From positions 1,120,001 through 1,184,000 of the forward strand of contig OZ247587.1 of the NCBI GenBank assembly GCA_965233865.1: a stretch of 64,000 bases of DNA. Reading direction: 5' to 3'. The stretch is from Candidatus Neptunichlamydia sp. (GTDB lineage: Bacteria > Chlamydiota > Chlamydiia > Chlamydiales > Simkaniaceae). The translations under genes and the position numbers were made by a program. The notes under the pieces were generated by a model. That model saw nothing but the letters and a program-made list of their open reading frames with translations, did not search any database and was not told the origin of the DNA. Of this stretch, positions 18,351 to 28,598 are shown in pieces. Position 1 is the first letter of the stretch. Each line of letters opens with the position of its first letter.

Positions 18351-18950
18351 ATGTTTTCAAAACGATTTGATGAACTGAATAAAGTTGTTAGCAAATGTGA
18401 ATTCTCATCTCCTGGTAGGAGATTGAACGAAGAACAAGCTCTTCAAATTTTCCACACATTTTTGTTGCAAGCTCAAGAAAAGAGTGGAACAGTTTTTGTA
18501 ATTGGAAATGGGGGCAGCGCAGGAATTGCTTCCCACTTTGCCATCGATCTTCTAAACGCGTTGAAGATCCCTGCACAAACCCTTTATGACTCAAATGTAA
18601 TGACTTGCATTTCTAACGACTTTGGATATGAGCAAGTTTTTTCTCGACCGCTTGATTTATTGCTAAGGCCTAACGACCTTTTGGTGTGCATTAGCAGTTC
18701 TGGAAATTCGCAGAATATCTTAAATGGAACAGCTATTGCCAAATCAAGGAATATTCCAATCATTACTCTCAGTGGATTCGAGCCTCATAACCCATTAAGA
18801 GCCCAAGGTGACCTCAACTTCTATCTACCGATAATTGATTATGGACTTGTCGAAATGGGACACTTTTTTTTATTGCACACAATCATTGATTCATGGAATT
18901 TTAAACTCACTTCAAATGAAATAGAAACGCAATTAAGCCATGCACAATAA
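18351..18950 (+). CDS. gmhA: SIS-domain phosphosugar isomerase, GmhA-like
   Basis: IGNGGSAGIASHF, TCISNDFGYEQVF and ISSSGNSQN. Confidence 0.75.
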   Translation: MFSKRFDELNKVVSKCEFSSPGRRLNEEQALQIFHTFLLQAQEKSGTVFVIGNGGSAGIASHFAIDLLNALKIPAQTLYDSNVMTCISNDFGYEQVFSRPLDLLLRPNDLLVCISSSGNSQNILNGTAIAKSRNIPIITLSGFEPHNPLRAQGDLNFYLPIIDYGLVEMGHFFLLHTIIDSWNFKLTSNEIETQLSHAQ

Positions 18951-20466
18951 ATTAAAGACATTTGAAGAGCTTGAAAAGCTCATTGAAGAAGACAAAACTG
19001 CAGGGGAGAAAATTGTCCATTGTCATGGAGTTTTTGATCTACTTCACCCTGGACATATTCGCCACTTCAAAGAAGCCAAAAAACAAGGAACAAAACTTGT
19101 TGTTTCTATTACACCTGATCGATTCGTCAATAAGGGACCCGGTCGCCCCGCCTTTAATGAAGAGCTCCGAGCCGAGACTTTAGCATCCTTAAACTGCGTT
19201 GATTATGTCGTTCTTAATGATAGCCCTGATGCAGTGAGTTGCATTAGAAAAATCAAACCAAATATTTATGTAAAGGGAAAAGAGTATGCAGACCATGCGG
19301 CAGATGTAACGGGAAAGATTGTCGATGAGGAGCGCGCCGTACAAGCAACACACGGCTCTGTTTTCTACACAGACGATATCGTATTTAGCTCCTCCTCTCT
19401 TCTCAACCGCTACTACGAAGAGACTTCCCCAGAACTCCGCGCATTTCTTGCAGAGATAAAGTCACAATATACCATTGATGAACTGCTTAATAAAGTGGAG
19501 AATCTCAAGGATCTACGTGTCCTAGTTGTAGGAGACGCTATTATTGATGAATATCAGTTTACCGATCCGATGGGACAATCAGGGAAAGGGCTCCACATGG
19601 TTGCCCGCTGTGGCCAAAACGAGCGCTACCTTGGGGGCTCACTTATTATTGCAAACCATATCGCTCAATTTTCTGATCACGTCACTCTCCTAACCTCACT
19701 TGGAGAGAATTGTTCTTACCTTCCTCTCATTGGTAATCTTCTTGACCCAAAAATTCAGAAGGAGTTCATAACACAACCTAAACACTCAACTCTGACGAAG
19801 AAGCGCTACGTTCTTCAAGACGGCAATCGTTTGTCCAAACTTTTTGAAACCTATTCGACAAATGATGCCCTTCTCTCAGAAACAGAAACAGGCAGCGTCG
19901 TTACATACCTAGGAAATCACACTAAAGACTTTGATCTTGTTTTAGTTTGCGATTTTGGCAATGGTTTTACCAATCCACGGATTGTCGATGCCCTTTCCTC
20001 ACTTCCAAATTTTTTAGCCGTTAATACCCAAACAAATAGTGGAAATCGAGGGTTTAATGTCGTAACTCATTACCGCCGCGCTGATCTGATATCCCTTAAT
20101 GAACCAGAACTCCGCCTTTCGGCTCATGACAGATACAGCTCAATGGAAGGCCTTGCTGCTGATATTTCTGAGGTGCTCCAGTGCCGCAATATTTGCATCA
20201 CACAAGGAGTCGATGGAGTTTTCTGTTCTTCTGAAGAAGAACCTGCTATTAGAATCCCTGCCCTTGTCTCGAATACGATTGATCGAGTCGGAGCTGGCGA
20301 TAGCTTCTTTGCTTTGGCTGCTATGTGCGCTGCAAAGAAATATCCTATGTCACTTTCCGGCTTCTTTGGCTCAATTGCCTCCGCTCTTAACGTACAAATG
20401 ATTGGCAACAAAGAACCGATCAAAAAAATCCCCTTTAACAAATTCCTGACGAGGTTACTCAAGTGA
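18940..20466 (+). CDS. Bifunctional nucleotidyltransferase (N-terminal) / PfkB sugar kinase (C-terminal), HldE/RfaE-like with reversed domain order
   Basis: HGVFDLLHPGHIRH..KGPGRP in the N-terminal domain; VVGDAIIDEY and DRVGAGDSF in the C-terminal domain. Confidence 0.85.
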   Translation: MHNKLKTFEELEKLIEEDKTAGEKIVHCHGVFDLLHPGHIRHFKEAKKQGTKLVVSITPDRFVNKGPGRPAFNEELRAETLASLNCVDYVVLNDSPDAVSCIRKIKPNIYVKGKEYADHAADVTGKIVDEERAVQATHGSVFYTDDIVFSSSSLLNRYYEETSPELRAFLAEIKSQYTIDELLNKVENLKDLRVLVVGDAIIDEYQFTDPMGQSGKGLHMVARCGQNERYLGGSLIIANHIAQFSDHVTLLTSLGENCSYLPLIGNLLDPKIQKEFITQPKHSTLTKKRYVLQDGNRLSKLFETYSTNDALLSETETGSVVTYLGNHTKDFDLVLVCDFGNGFTNPRIVDALSSLPNFLAVNTQTNSGNRGFNVVTHYRRADLISLNEPELRLSAHDRYSSMEGLAADISEVLQCRNICITQGVDGVFCSSEEEPAIRIPALVSNTIDRVGAGDSFFALAAMCAAKKYPMSLSGFFGSIASALNVQMIGNKEPIKKIPFNKFLTRLLK

Positions 20467-21443
20467 ACAAAGCGAACCTATTTTATAAAATGCTCCGCAT
20501 CCGAATGATTGAGGAAACCATTGCTGATCGTTATTCTGAACAAAAGATGCGTTGCCCAACGCATCTCAGTATTGGACAAGAAGCGATTGCTGTTGGGGTT
20601 TCCGAAGCGCTCAACAACGATGATCTCGTCATGAGTAATCATCGTGCACACGCCCATTACTTAGCAAAAGGTGGTGATTTTAAAGCGATGATCGCTGAAA
20701 TTCACGGCAAGAAAACAGGGTGCTCTTTAGGACGAGGGGGATCTATGCATCTAGTGGATCAATCCGTCGGTATGATGGGATCCACTCCTATTGTAGCAAA
20801 TAGTATTCCTGTTGCTACAGGACTTGCCTTTGCCTCTCTCCTTCAAGGAGATAAAAAAGTAACAGTCTCTTACTTTGGAGAAGGAGCCACTGAAGAGGGT
20901 GTCTTTGGGGAGTGTCTCAACTTTGCTGCATTAAAAGCCCTTCCCATGCTCTATGTCTGCGAAAACAATCTTTATTCTGTTTACTCCCCCATTGATGTCC
21001 GACAACCAAAGGCCCGTGACTTATGCAAAATTGCCGAAGCACACGGAATGTTTTCAAAAAAGGGAGATGGGAACAACGTTGAAGAAAGCTACTCCATTGC
21101 AAAAGAAGCAATCGACTCGATCCGTAATGGGAATGGCCCTGCTTTTATCAAGCTTGACACCTATCGCTTCCGAGAACACTGCGGCCCTAACTATGACACC
21201 GACCTTGGTTACCGCACACATGATGAGTTTGATTTCTGGTTAGAGAAATGTCCGATTGCAAACTATCAAAATAAACTTATTAAAGAAAATATCATCTCTG
21301 AAGAAGATGTTAGCGTTATGAAAGAAACCCTCCAAAGGGAAATCAATGAAGCTTTCACCTTTGCAAGAGAAAGCCCACTTCCGGAATTTGACCTAGACTA
21401 TGAACTGATGTACGCGGAGCAGTCCTATGACAAGAGATCTTAA
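20463..21443 (+). CDS. ThDP-dependent E1 alpha-like subunit
   Basis: HLSIGQEA, HRAHAHYLAKG, GRGGSMH, FGEGA..ENN and TYRFREH. Confidence 0.9.
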   Translation: MNKANLFYKMLRIRMIEETIADRYSEQKMRCPTHLSIGQEAIAVGVSEALNNDDLVMSNHRAHAHYLAKGGDFKAMIAEIHGKKTGCSLGRGGSMHLVDQSVGMMGSTPIVANSIPVATGLAFASLLQGDKKVTVSYFGEGATEEGVFGECLNFAALKALPMLYVCENNLYSVYSPIDVRQPKARDLCKIAEAHGMFSKKGDGNNVEESYSIAKEAIDSIRNGNGPAFIKLDTYRFREHCGPNYDTDLGYRTHDEFDFWLEKCPIANYQNKLIKENIISEEDVSVMKETLQREINEAFTFARESPLPEFDLDYELMYAEQSYDKRS

Positions 21444-22500
21444 ATTTAATCAAGCCATCTTAGAGGGAACCTCCCAACTGCTTGAATCTGACCCCTCTGT
21501 TTACCTTATGGGATTGGGTGTTCCAGACCCTAAAGGAACATTCGGAACAACTACCGGGCTCCAAGAGAAATTTGGTTCCAATCGAGTAATGGACATGCCC
21601 ACATCTGAAAACACAATGACCGGGGTTGCTATTGGATGCGCTATTCGAGGGATGCGCCCCATTATGACGCACCAGCGTGTCGACTTTTTTCTTCTGGCTC
21701 TTGACCAGCTGATTAATAACGCCGCTAAATGGCACTACATGTTTGGTAACAAGATGGTAGCACCAATTGTCATCCGCCTTATTATGGGAAGGGGATGGGG
21801 GCAAGGCCCTCAACACTCTCAATCATTACAAAGTTTATTCGCCCATATTCCAGGTCTTAAAGTCGTCATGCCTTCCACTCCTTATGATGCAAAAGGCCTC
21901 TTAATCTCTGCTGTTAAAGATAACAACCCTGTTGTCTTCCTTGAGCATCGGTGGCTTCACAACACTCATGGAGATGTCCCTGAAGAAATGTATGAAGTCC
22001 CTATTGGGAAAGCTCATGTCGTTCAAGAAGGATCTGACATCACTATTGCCGCCACCTCACATATGGTTTTAGAGGCACGCAAAGCGGTTGAAATATTAGA
22101 AAAGGAAGGGGTAAGTGTCGATCTTATCGATCTTCGCAGTGTCAAGCCGTTTGACAAAGAAACACTCATCAAATCAGTGCGAAAAACCGGCCGGCTTCTT
22201 GTTGCTGACCCCGACTGGAAAAGCTGCGGCTTCGCTGCCGAGGTCATTGCGTCAATTACTGAGGAAGCCTTCAACGATTTAAAAGCACCCCCCTCGCGGG
22301 TCACTTATCCCGACCGCCACAGCCCTACTAGCTGGGCTCTTGCAAACCACTACTACCCGTCCCATCGCGATATCGCCATGGAAACATTTAGGATGATGCG
22401 ATTACCCTCCAAAGCGCAATCACTTCTCCAAGAATTACTCGAATACCGAAGCGCAGGTCCACTTGATGTCCCTGATGCTTCCTTTGCTGGCCCTTTCTAG
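21427..22500 (+). CDS. ThDP-dependent E1 beta-like (transketolase C-terminal) subunit
   Basis: RVMDMPTSEN, GPQHSQ, IPGLKVVMPSTPYDAKGLL and DLRSVKPFD. Confidence 0.9.
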   Translation: MTRDLKFNQAILEGTSQLLESDPSVYLMGLGVPDPKGTFGTTTGLQEKFGSNRVMDMPTSENTMTGVAIGCAIRGMRPIMTHQRVDFFLLALDQLINNAAKWHYMFGNKMVAPIVIRLIMGRGWGQGPQHSQSLQSLFAHIPGLKVVMPSTPYDAKGLLISAVKDNNPVVFLEHRWLHNTHGDVPEEMYEVPIGKAHVVQEGSDITIAATSHMVLEARKAVEILEKEGVSVDLIDLRSVKPFDKETLIKSVRKTGRLLVADPDWKSCGFAAEVIASITEEAFNDLKAPPSRVTYPDRHSPTSWALANHYYPSHRDIAMETFRMMRLPSKAQSLLQELLEYRSAGPLDVPDASFAGPF

Positions 22501-22519
22501 AAGACACAGGAGACACAAG

Positions 22520-23509
22520 ATGAAGAAAGTCCTTGTTATTGGTAGCAACTCATTTTCTGGAAGTGATTTCATAGACCTCCTTCTTGAAAAAGGAGAGTAC
22601 GAAGTGACTGGCATTAGCCGTTCAGAGGAAAAAGATGCCCTCTTTCTTCCCTATCGTGCAAAAAACTCCCCTCACTTTACGTTTGAGCAGCTCGATCTGA
22701 ATCAAGACCTCGATAAACTTGACCGTCTTTTAGAAGCCTTTAAGCCCGAATACATCGTCAACTTTGCAGCACAAAGTGAAGTCGGACCGAGTTGGGAAAA
22801 TCCTGACCATTGGTTCCAAACCAATGCAGTTGCTCTCACCTCACTTGCTAATCTTCTTAAAGATAAAAAATTTCTCAAGAAGTATGTTCATATCTCCTCG
22901 CCTGAAGTTTATGGGACCTGTGAAGGTTTTATTAAGGAAGACACTCCTGTAAACCCGTCCACCCCCTATGCCGCTTCAAAAGCTGCAGGCGATATGTCTC
23001 TCTTCACTTTTTATAAAAATTTCAACTTTCCTCTCGTGATGATCCGCGCTACAAATGTTTATGGCGCACACCAACAGCTTTTTAAAATTATCCCGCGCAC
23101 TGCCATCTATCTCAAAAACAATAAAAAGATTGGCCTTCATGGGGGAGGTGTTGCCATTAAATCCTACATACACATCCGTGATGTCTCGAATGGTGAACTC
23201 CTTGCAATGGAAAAAGGTCAGAATGGTGAAATCTATCACATCTCACCTGATCAAGGAGTAGCCGTTAAAGATGTCGTCAAAACCATCTGCAATAAAATGA
23301 AAGTTTCTTTCGAAGACTCCACTGAAATAGCACCCGAGCGCCTCGGTCAAGATAAAGCCTACACCATTGACTCCACAAAGATCCGCAATAAACTCGGCTG
23401 GAAGCCTGAAATCTCCCTTGAAGAGGGAATCACCCAAACTGTCAGCTGGGTCAATTCTCATTTTGACGCCATCAAACAAAAACCACTCGAATACATCCAC
23501 AAAGCTTAA
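22520..23509 (+). CDS. NDP-sugar 4,6-dehydratase-like SDR (RmlB/Gmd family)
   Basis: GSNSFSG, NFAAQSEV, SSPEVYG and PYAASK; ATG 22520 with GGAG SD. Confidence 0.85.
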   Translation: MKKVLVIGSNSFSGSDFIDLLLEKGEYEVTGISRSEEKDALFLPYRAKNSPHFTFEQLDLNQDLDKLDRLLEAFKPEYIVNFAAQSEVGPSWENPDHWFQTNAVALTSLANLLKDKKFLKKYVHISSPEVYGTCEGFIKEDTPVNPSTPYAASKAAGDMSLFTFYKNFNFPLVMIRATNVYGAHQQLFKIIPRTAIYLKNNKKIGLHGGGVAIKSYIHIRDVSNGELLAMEKGQNGEIYHISPDQGVAVKDVVKTICNKMKVSFEDSTEIAPERLGQDKAYTIDSTKIRNKLGWKPEISLEEGITQTVSWVNSHFDAIKQKPLEYIHKA

Positions 23510-23516
23510 GGAAATC

Positions 23517-24176
23517 ATGAGACAAGAAATCGATCTTCTCATTAACTATCCAAAAACAAAACGAGACATCAAAGAAAGGGGTGCAACTAAAACTAATGAA
23601 GACCGCGCCATTGCAAGGCAATTCGGCAAAGATTTCTTCGATGGCGACCGCCGCCATGGCTATGGAGGCTTTGGATACATGGAGCGATTCTGGACCTCTG
23701 TTGTTCCTACGTTCCAAAACCAGTACAGCCTCACCAAAAAAAGTTCTGTCCTTGATGTTGGAGCCGCCAAAGGATTTATGCTTTACGATTTTAAGCGTCT
23801 CATTCCAAATATCACTGTTGCAGGATGCGACATTTCTGACTACGCAATCAAAAACGCAAAAGAGGAAGTCAAACCGTTTCTTAAAACCGCCAATGCTATT
23901 GATCTTCCTTACAAAGACAATTCTTTTGATCTCGTGATCTCAATTAACACTGTTCACAATCTCGAAAAACCTGATCTAGCACGCGCCCTCCAAGAAATTG
24001 AAAGGGTTTCGCGAGGAAACAGTTTTATCACTGTCGATGCTTACCGCAATGAGGAAGAAAAAGAACTCATGTATCATTGGAACCTTACTGCAAAAACAAT
24101 CATGCACGTTGACAAATGGAAGTCTTTTTTTAACGCTGTTGGGTACACCGGTGACTACTACTGGTTCACCCCATAA
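23517..24176 (+). CDS. Class I SAM-dependent methyltransferase
   Basis: VLDVGAAKG and LPYKDNSFDLVIS; ATG 23517 after AAGGA. Confidence 0.85.
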   Translation: MRQEIDLLINYPKTKRDIKERGATKTNEDRAIARQFGKDFFDGDRRHGYGGFGYMERFWTSVVPTFQNQYSLTKKSSVLDVGAAKGFMLYDFKRLIPNITVAGCDISDYAIKNAKEEVKPFLKTANAIDLPYKDNSFDLVISINTVHNLEKPDLARALQEIERVSRGNSFITVDAYRNEEEKELMYHWNLTAKTIMHVDKWKSFFNAVGYTGDYYWFTP

Positions 24177-24434
24177 ATTTGATAACCAATTATTATTTAT
24201 GAATACATCAAACATTCTCAGATTAAAGAAATGAATAAAACCGCAAACACTTACAAGCTAGAGCTTTCAAAAGCTCATCTCATACCAATTTGTAGTTGCC
24301 TATTTGATATAGACGCTTTATTAAATAAATGGAATAATGCCCACAGAAGTGGCCAAGTCGGTTTCTGTAGAACTCACTTTGAAACAGATTATTTTGCTTA
24401 TATTGACACCTCAGATTAGTAAAGAGCTAGAATT

Positions 24435-26273
24435 ATGCTAAAAAGAAGAAAAGAATACGTCCGTAATATCTACAATATCATTTTTAAAAGGAAAAAGAAG
24501 GACTTAATTAAGTTTTTTATTATTTCTACTCCAGGCTGCCTCGCTGCCTTTTTAGAAGGAATGTCGTTTACCCTTCTTCTTTCTTCCCTATACATCATGA
24601 CTGGAAGAGGCATTGAAGTTTTTTATGGGAAACCCATCCTATCTAAAATAGCACGTATTCCGCATTTCCAAGAGATTTCTTCGAATCAGCTTTTCATCTA
24701 CATGGTTATTGCTGCAATTTTTGCACAAATCCTAAAGTCGCTAGTTATGTACCTTTCCGCTCTACAGGCAGCAAAGCTCAATGCTCGTATTGGTTGCGAT
24801 GCGCACCAAAATATTTACTCGCATATTCTCTCGTTTAACTTTTCAACAGTGAGCAATTATAAAACAGGTGGACTTGCTTCCTATACGCAAATTCCCTCTG
24901 GAGCCATTATCCCCATGCTTCAATCCTTCCACAAAATTATTGTTCAATCTTGTGTATTGGGAGTTTTGAGTCTTGTCCTTTTTAAGATATCTATTCCTCT
25001 AACCCTGTTTTTTTGTGGCTTTTTTTGTATCTCAGGAATTGCCTATAAGAAAATCCTTTCTGTTATCAGTTGCTTTTCTGAGGAATGTGCAACAAAGTTG
25101 CTACAATATAACAATGATGTTGTCCAGGCAATTAATGGAATCAAACTCATCCATATTTTTGGGATGCAAAAAATAATCCTCAAACGAAGTCACTCGCTCA
25201 TGGCAAAAATGCAGGGATATCAGCAAGGAAATGCTAAACTGCAAGCACTATTGCTAGCTACTGGTGAGGTCTTTAGCATGGTCATGATGGCTGCAACTAT
25301 TGCGATAAGCTCTCTATTCCTTGTTATTTCTAATGAGCATTCTCTCCCTCTTTTATTAACCTACACAGCAACAGCCTATCGATTTACAACAACTGCAAGA
25401 GAAATTCTGAATCACTTCGGCATAATTGCTTCTCAAAGTGGCTCTATCATAAAGCTTAATGAGATATTAACCGTTGATGATAAGGGGTTTGAACCAACAG
25501 ATGGAATAGGCGCAGCCCAAATTCAAAAAGGAATTGAGTTTCGCAATGTTTCCTTTAACTACCCTTCAAAGAAGCAAAATGCTTTAGACAACGTCTCTCT
25601 TTTTATTCCTCACCAAAAATTGACAGCTATTGTTGGACTTTCTGGGGCAGGGAAAACCTCCTTAGTTAGCCTTATCACACGCTTATTTGAACCAACAGAT
25701 GGAAAAATCCTTATTGATGGTGTTGAACTAAGCAAATACAATATTCAAAGTTGGCGATCAAAACTCGGTGTCGTATCCCAGAATACAGTTATTTTTAACG
25801 ACCCTGCTCGTGAAAACGTCTGCTTTGGAACACCTGCGACAGACAAGGAAGTCCTAGAGGCATGCAAAATCGCAGGATGCTACGAAGTAATCACTAATCT
25901 TCCTGATGGGCTTGACTCTTCCCTTGGAGAACACGGTTATAAGATTTCTGGAGGAGAAGCCCAACGTATTGCTATCGCACGTGCATTAATCAGAGATCCT
26001 GAAATTATGATCTTTGATGAAGCAACAAGCAATCTTGATAGTCATAATGAGCAAATCATTAAAACAACACTCGAAAAGTGTCGAAATCGGTGCACTCTTA
26101 TCGTCATCGCTCACCGCCTTTCAACAGTGATCTCTGCAGATCAGATTATTGTACTTAATAACGGCCAAGTAGCTGAAATAGGAACCCACGAAGATCTCAT
26201 TGAAACAAACGGAGAGTATGCCTATCTATGGCATTTGCAATCTACAAAATATCCTGAAAGCGCTTTTGTTTAA
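24435..26273 (+). CDS. ABC exporter, fused TMD+NBD (MsbA/PglK/Wzk-like glycolipid flippase)
   Basis: N-terminal TM domain; GLSGAGKT, ISGGEAQR, IFDEATS and IAHRLST. Confidence 0.85.
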   Translation: MLKRRKEYVRNIYNIIFKRKKKDLIKFFIISTPGCLAAFLEGMSFTLLLSSLYIMTGRGIEVFYGKPILSKIARIPHFQEISSNQLFIYMVIAAIFAQILKSLVMYLSALQAAKLNARIGCDAHQNIYSHILSFNFSTVSNYKTGGLASYTQIPSGAIIPMLQSFHKIIVQSCVLGVLSLVLFKISIPLTLFFCGFFCISGIAYKKILSVISCFSEECATKLLQYNNDVVQAINGIKLIHIFGMQKIILKRSHSLMAKMQGYQQGNAKLQALLLATGEVFSMVMMAATIAISSLFLVISNEHSLPLLLTYTATAYRFTTTAREILNHFGIIASQSGSIIKLNEILTVDDKGFEPTDGIGAAQIQKGIEFRNVSFNYPSKKQNALDNVSLFIPHQKLTAIVGLSGAGKTSLVSLITRLFEPTDGKILIDGVELSKYNIQSWRSKLGVVSQNTVIFNDPARENVCFGTPATDKEVLEACKIAGCYEVITNLPDGLDSSLGEHGYKISGGEAQRIAIARALIRDPEIMIFDEATSNLDSHNEQIIKTTLEKCRNRCTLIVIAHRLSTVISADQIIVLNNGQVAEIGTHEDLIETNGEYAYLWHLQSTKYPESAFV

Positions 26274-27209
26274 ATGAGCACAAAACTAATCATTATTGGT
26301 TCTCAAGGGTTCATCGGAAATTGCCTTACAATTTCTATGAATCCTGCAATTTTCACGCATTACAAGAATGCACCTTATCTACTTGATTTGAGAGCTCCTG
26401 ATTTAAAAACCCTGCCTTTTTCAACAGAAACACATGTGGTCATTGCTGCTGGATGTACAAATATTAACGATTGCGACAAAAACCCAGAAAAAACTTACGT
26501 GATCAATGTTACGGGCATACTCAAGCTTGCAAAACAATGCAGAGAAATGGGATTATGTCCCATTTTATTCTCTACAGACAACGTCTTCGACGGAGAAAAA
26601 GGAGGATACACAGAGTCTTCATCTACATGCCCGGTCAATGTATATGGAAAACAAAAAGCAGAGTTAGAAAGCAGAATTCACGATATTACACGCGGAAATT
26701 ATTTAATGCTCCGCCTCTCTAAAATCTATTCTACCTCCGCAGGTGATAATTCTCTCTTAGATGAGATGATGCACAACTTAACACAAGAAAAAGTAATTCG
26801 AGCCGCAACCGATCAAGAATTGTGCCCCCTCCACGTCAATGATCTTATAGCTATTATCCAAGAACTTACCGATCAAAATATTACAGGATTGATAAATATT
26901 GGAGGACAAGAAATATTAAGCCGGTACGCACTGGCATTAAAAGTATGTGAAGCCCTTAATATTTCAACAACGCTCGTTAAACCAATTGCCCTAGACGAAC
27001 TAAAGGGAAGCACACGCCCAAAAAAAACAGCTCTTAACTGCAAAAAACTGTATGAAACAATTACCATGAAGCCTCAGACTCTTCAAGATTCAATTTCAAA
27101 GTTAGCGACTATCTACCGCAATAAAAATTTATTTTTGAATGAGTTGAAACACAAAACTACTTTTGCTAAAACACAGGATGTATCGACAGAAACAGGCGGT
27201 ATGAGTTGA
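26274..27209 (+). CDS. RmlD-like NDP-4-keto-sugar reductase
   Basis: GSQGFIG, STDNVFDG and PVNVYGKQK. Confidence 0.8.
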   Translation: MSTKLIIIGSQGFIGNCLTISMNPAIFTHYKNAPYLLDLRAPDLKTLPFSTETHVVIAAGCTNINDCDKNPEKTYVINVTGILKLAKQCREMGLCPILFSTDNVFDGEKGGYTESSSTCPVNVYGKQKAELESRIHDITRGNYLMLRLSKIYSTSAGDNSLLDEMMHNLTQEKVIRAATDQELCPLHVNDLIAIIQELTDQNITGLINIGGQEILSRYALALKVCEALNISTTLVKPIALDELKGSTRPKKTALNCKKLYETITMKPQTLQDSISKLATIYRNKNLFLNELKHKTTFAKTQDVSTETGGMS

Positions 27210-27239
27210 ATCATGGGATATTCCCAACAAAAGTAATTT

Positions 27240-28586
27240 ATGTTATCAATAATAAATATAATAAACTCTAGGAAATTCCGAAAATTAATTTGTAAGAAAG
27301 TTGATTTTATATCCGACGATAATGATATTTTCCTTTTGATCGAAACTAATCTAAAAGAGGTAATCCATACTTTAGAGTACGCGGAATATTGGGCAAGAAT
27401 AAGACGGTCTCCTATCCTTATTGCAGCATCGCATGCAACTGAAACTATAGATCTTTTAGTTCCTTATATTTGCCCAAGTGTAAAGGTCCTCTTCTATGAT
27501 AATTCTTTCTCTAAATGGCTCTTTCGAAAAACTCCTTTACAAATCTATCATAATTTTTTCTCAAAAAAAATATTTGCTTACTTCAAGACAATAGCATCAA
27601 ACTCACTATATCTATTTGAATATCAACCTATACCTTATGACAAAACTTTTACGTCTCCTTATAACCACTTCATAGAATCTTCCGAAACTACCCACCTTCC
27701 GAAACCCTTCTTACAAGCTTACACCCAATACAATCAGGTTTGTTTTAAAAGAGAAGGTACATGGAATGATTACTTTCAAATTTCTTCAAAAATAACGATT
27801 AATGACAGAAAAAAGAAGTTAGAAAAACTCAATCGCCTATTACTAAAGGCCCTCGGAATCAACCGCCCCTACGCTATTCTCCACCTAAATAGTCAAGATG
27901 TTATCGGGCCCAATAGCTCCTCTTTAAAAGAAGCTTCATCTAAACAATTTAGCGTGGCTATTGATTTACTCATTCAGAAGGGATATGCTGTCATTCTCCA
28001 AGGTGAAAGTCAACAGCCGACATTTGCCACTAGACAACACTTCCATGACTATTCACGCGACGTAAATATATCACTAGAAAATGATTTAGCTCTGTATGCC
28101 TATGCAGAATTTGTGATTTCTTCGAAAGGCAATTCTGAAATCCTAGCTCAGGTCTTTAATATTCCCTTGCTAGGTCTAAACTACGCTGAACCCACCTCTC
28201 TTCTTCCTCATAAGAAACATCGCTTCTTTTTTAAACATGTTTACGACAAAAGAGAGGGGAAATACCTCAGTTGGAAAAATTATTTAAACCATCCAGGATT
28301 TTTTAATCACGCCAATCTGAATACAGGCAGTGAGCTTCGTTACGATGAAATGAGCGAAGGAGAAATTATTCACACAATTGAGGAGTTCCTTACCATGTTG
28401 GATAAAAATGAAGAATCTTGGCTAGATTATTCTCCGCTTCAGCAGACTTTTAAAAATAGTCTAGATAAACACCATTGTGATCTCTATAAGGCTCATGGAG
28501 TTCCCACCATGACATATTTAGAAAAAATGGATCAAGGTAGACATAGCAGTCCAAATGAACTTTTGGAGATAGCATTGTGTAGATAG
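27240..28586 (+). CDS. Putative glycosyltransferase, TIGR04372-like
   Basis: PYAILHL..AIDLLIQKGYAVILQG..DLALYAYAEFVISSKG..FNIPLLGLN; paralog of 28599..30110. Confidence 0.55.
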   Translation: MLSIINIINSRKFRKLICKKVDFISDDNDIFLLIETNLKEVIHTLEYAEYWARIRRSPILIAASHATETIDLLVPYICPSVKVLFYDNSFSKWLFRKTPLQIYHNFFSKKIFAYFKTIASNSLYLFEYQPIPYDKTFTSPYNHFIESSETTHLPKPFLQAYTQYNQVCFKREGTWNDYFQISSKITINDRKKKLEKLNRLLLKALGINRPYAILHLNSQDVIGPNSSSLKEASSKQFSVAIDLLIQKGYAVILQGESQQPTFATRQHFHDYSRDVNISLENDLALYAYAEFVISSKGNSEILAQVFNIPLLGLNYAEPTSLLPHKKHRFFFKHVYDKREGKYLSWKNYLNHPGFFNHANLNTGSELRYDEMSEGEIIHTIEEFLTMLDKNEESWLDYSPLQQTFKNSLDKHHCDLYKAHGVPTMTYLEKMDQGRHSSPNELLEIALCR

Positions 28587-28598
28587 TAGCCCAAGGTA

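Noticed and set aside
20463..22500. Calling these genes pdhA/pdhB
   Set aside because: No E2 or E3 nearby and they sit inside a sugar operon, so symbols were withheld.
24231..24419. 62-aa ORF between the methyltransferase and the ABC transporter
   Set aside because: No motif or clear SD; probably spurious or decayed.
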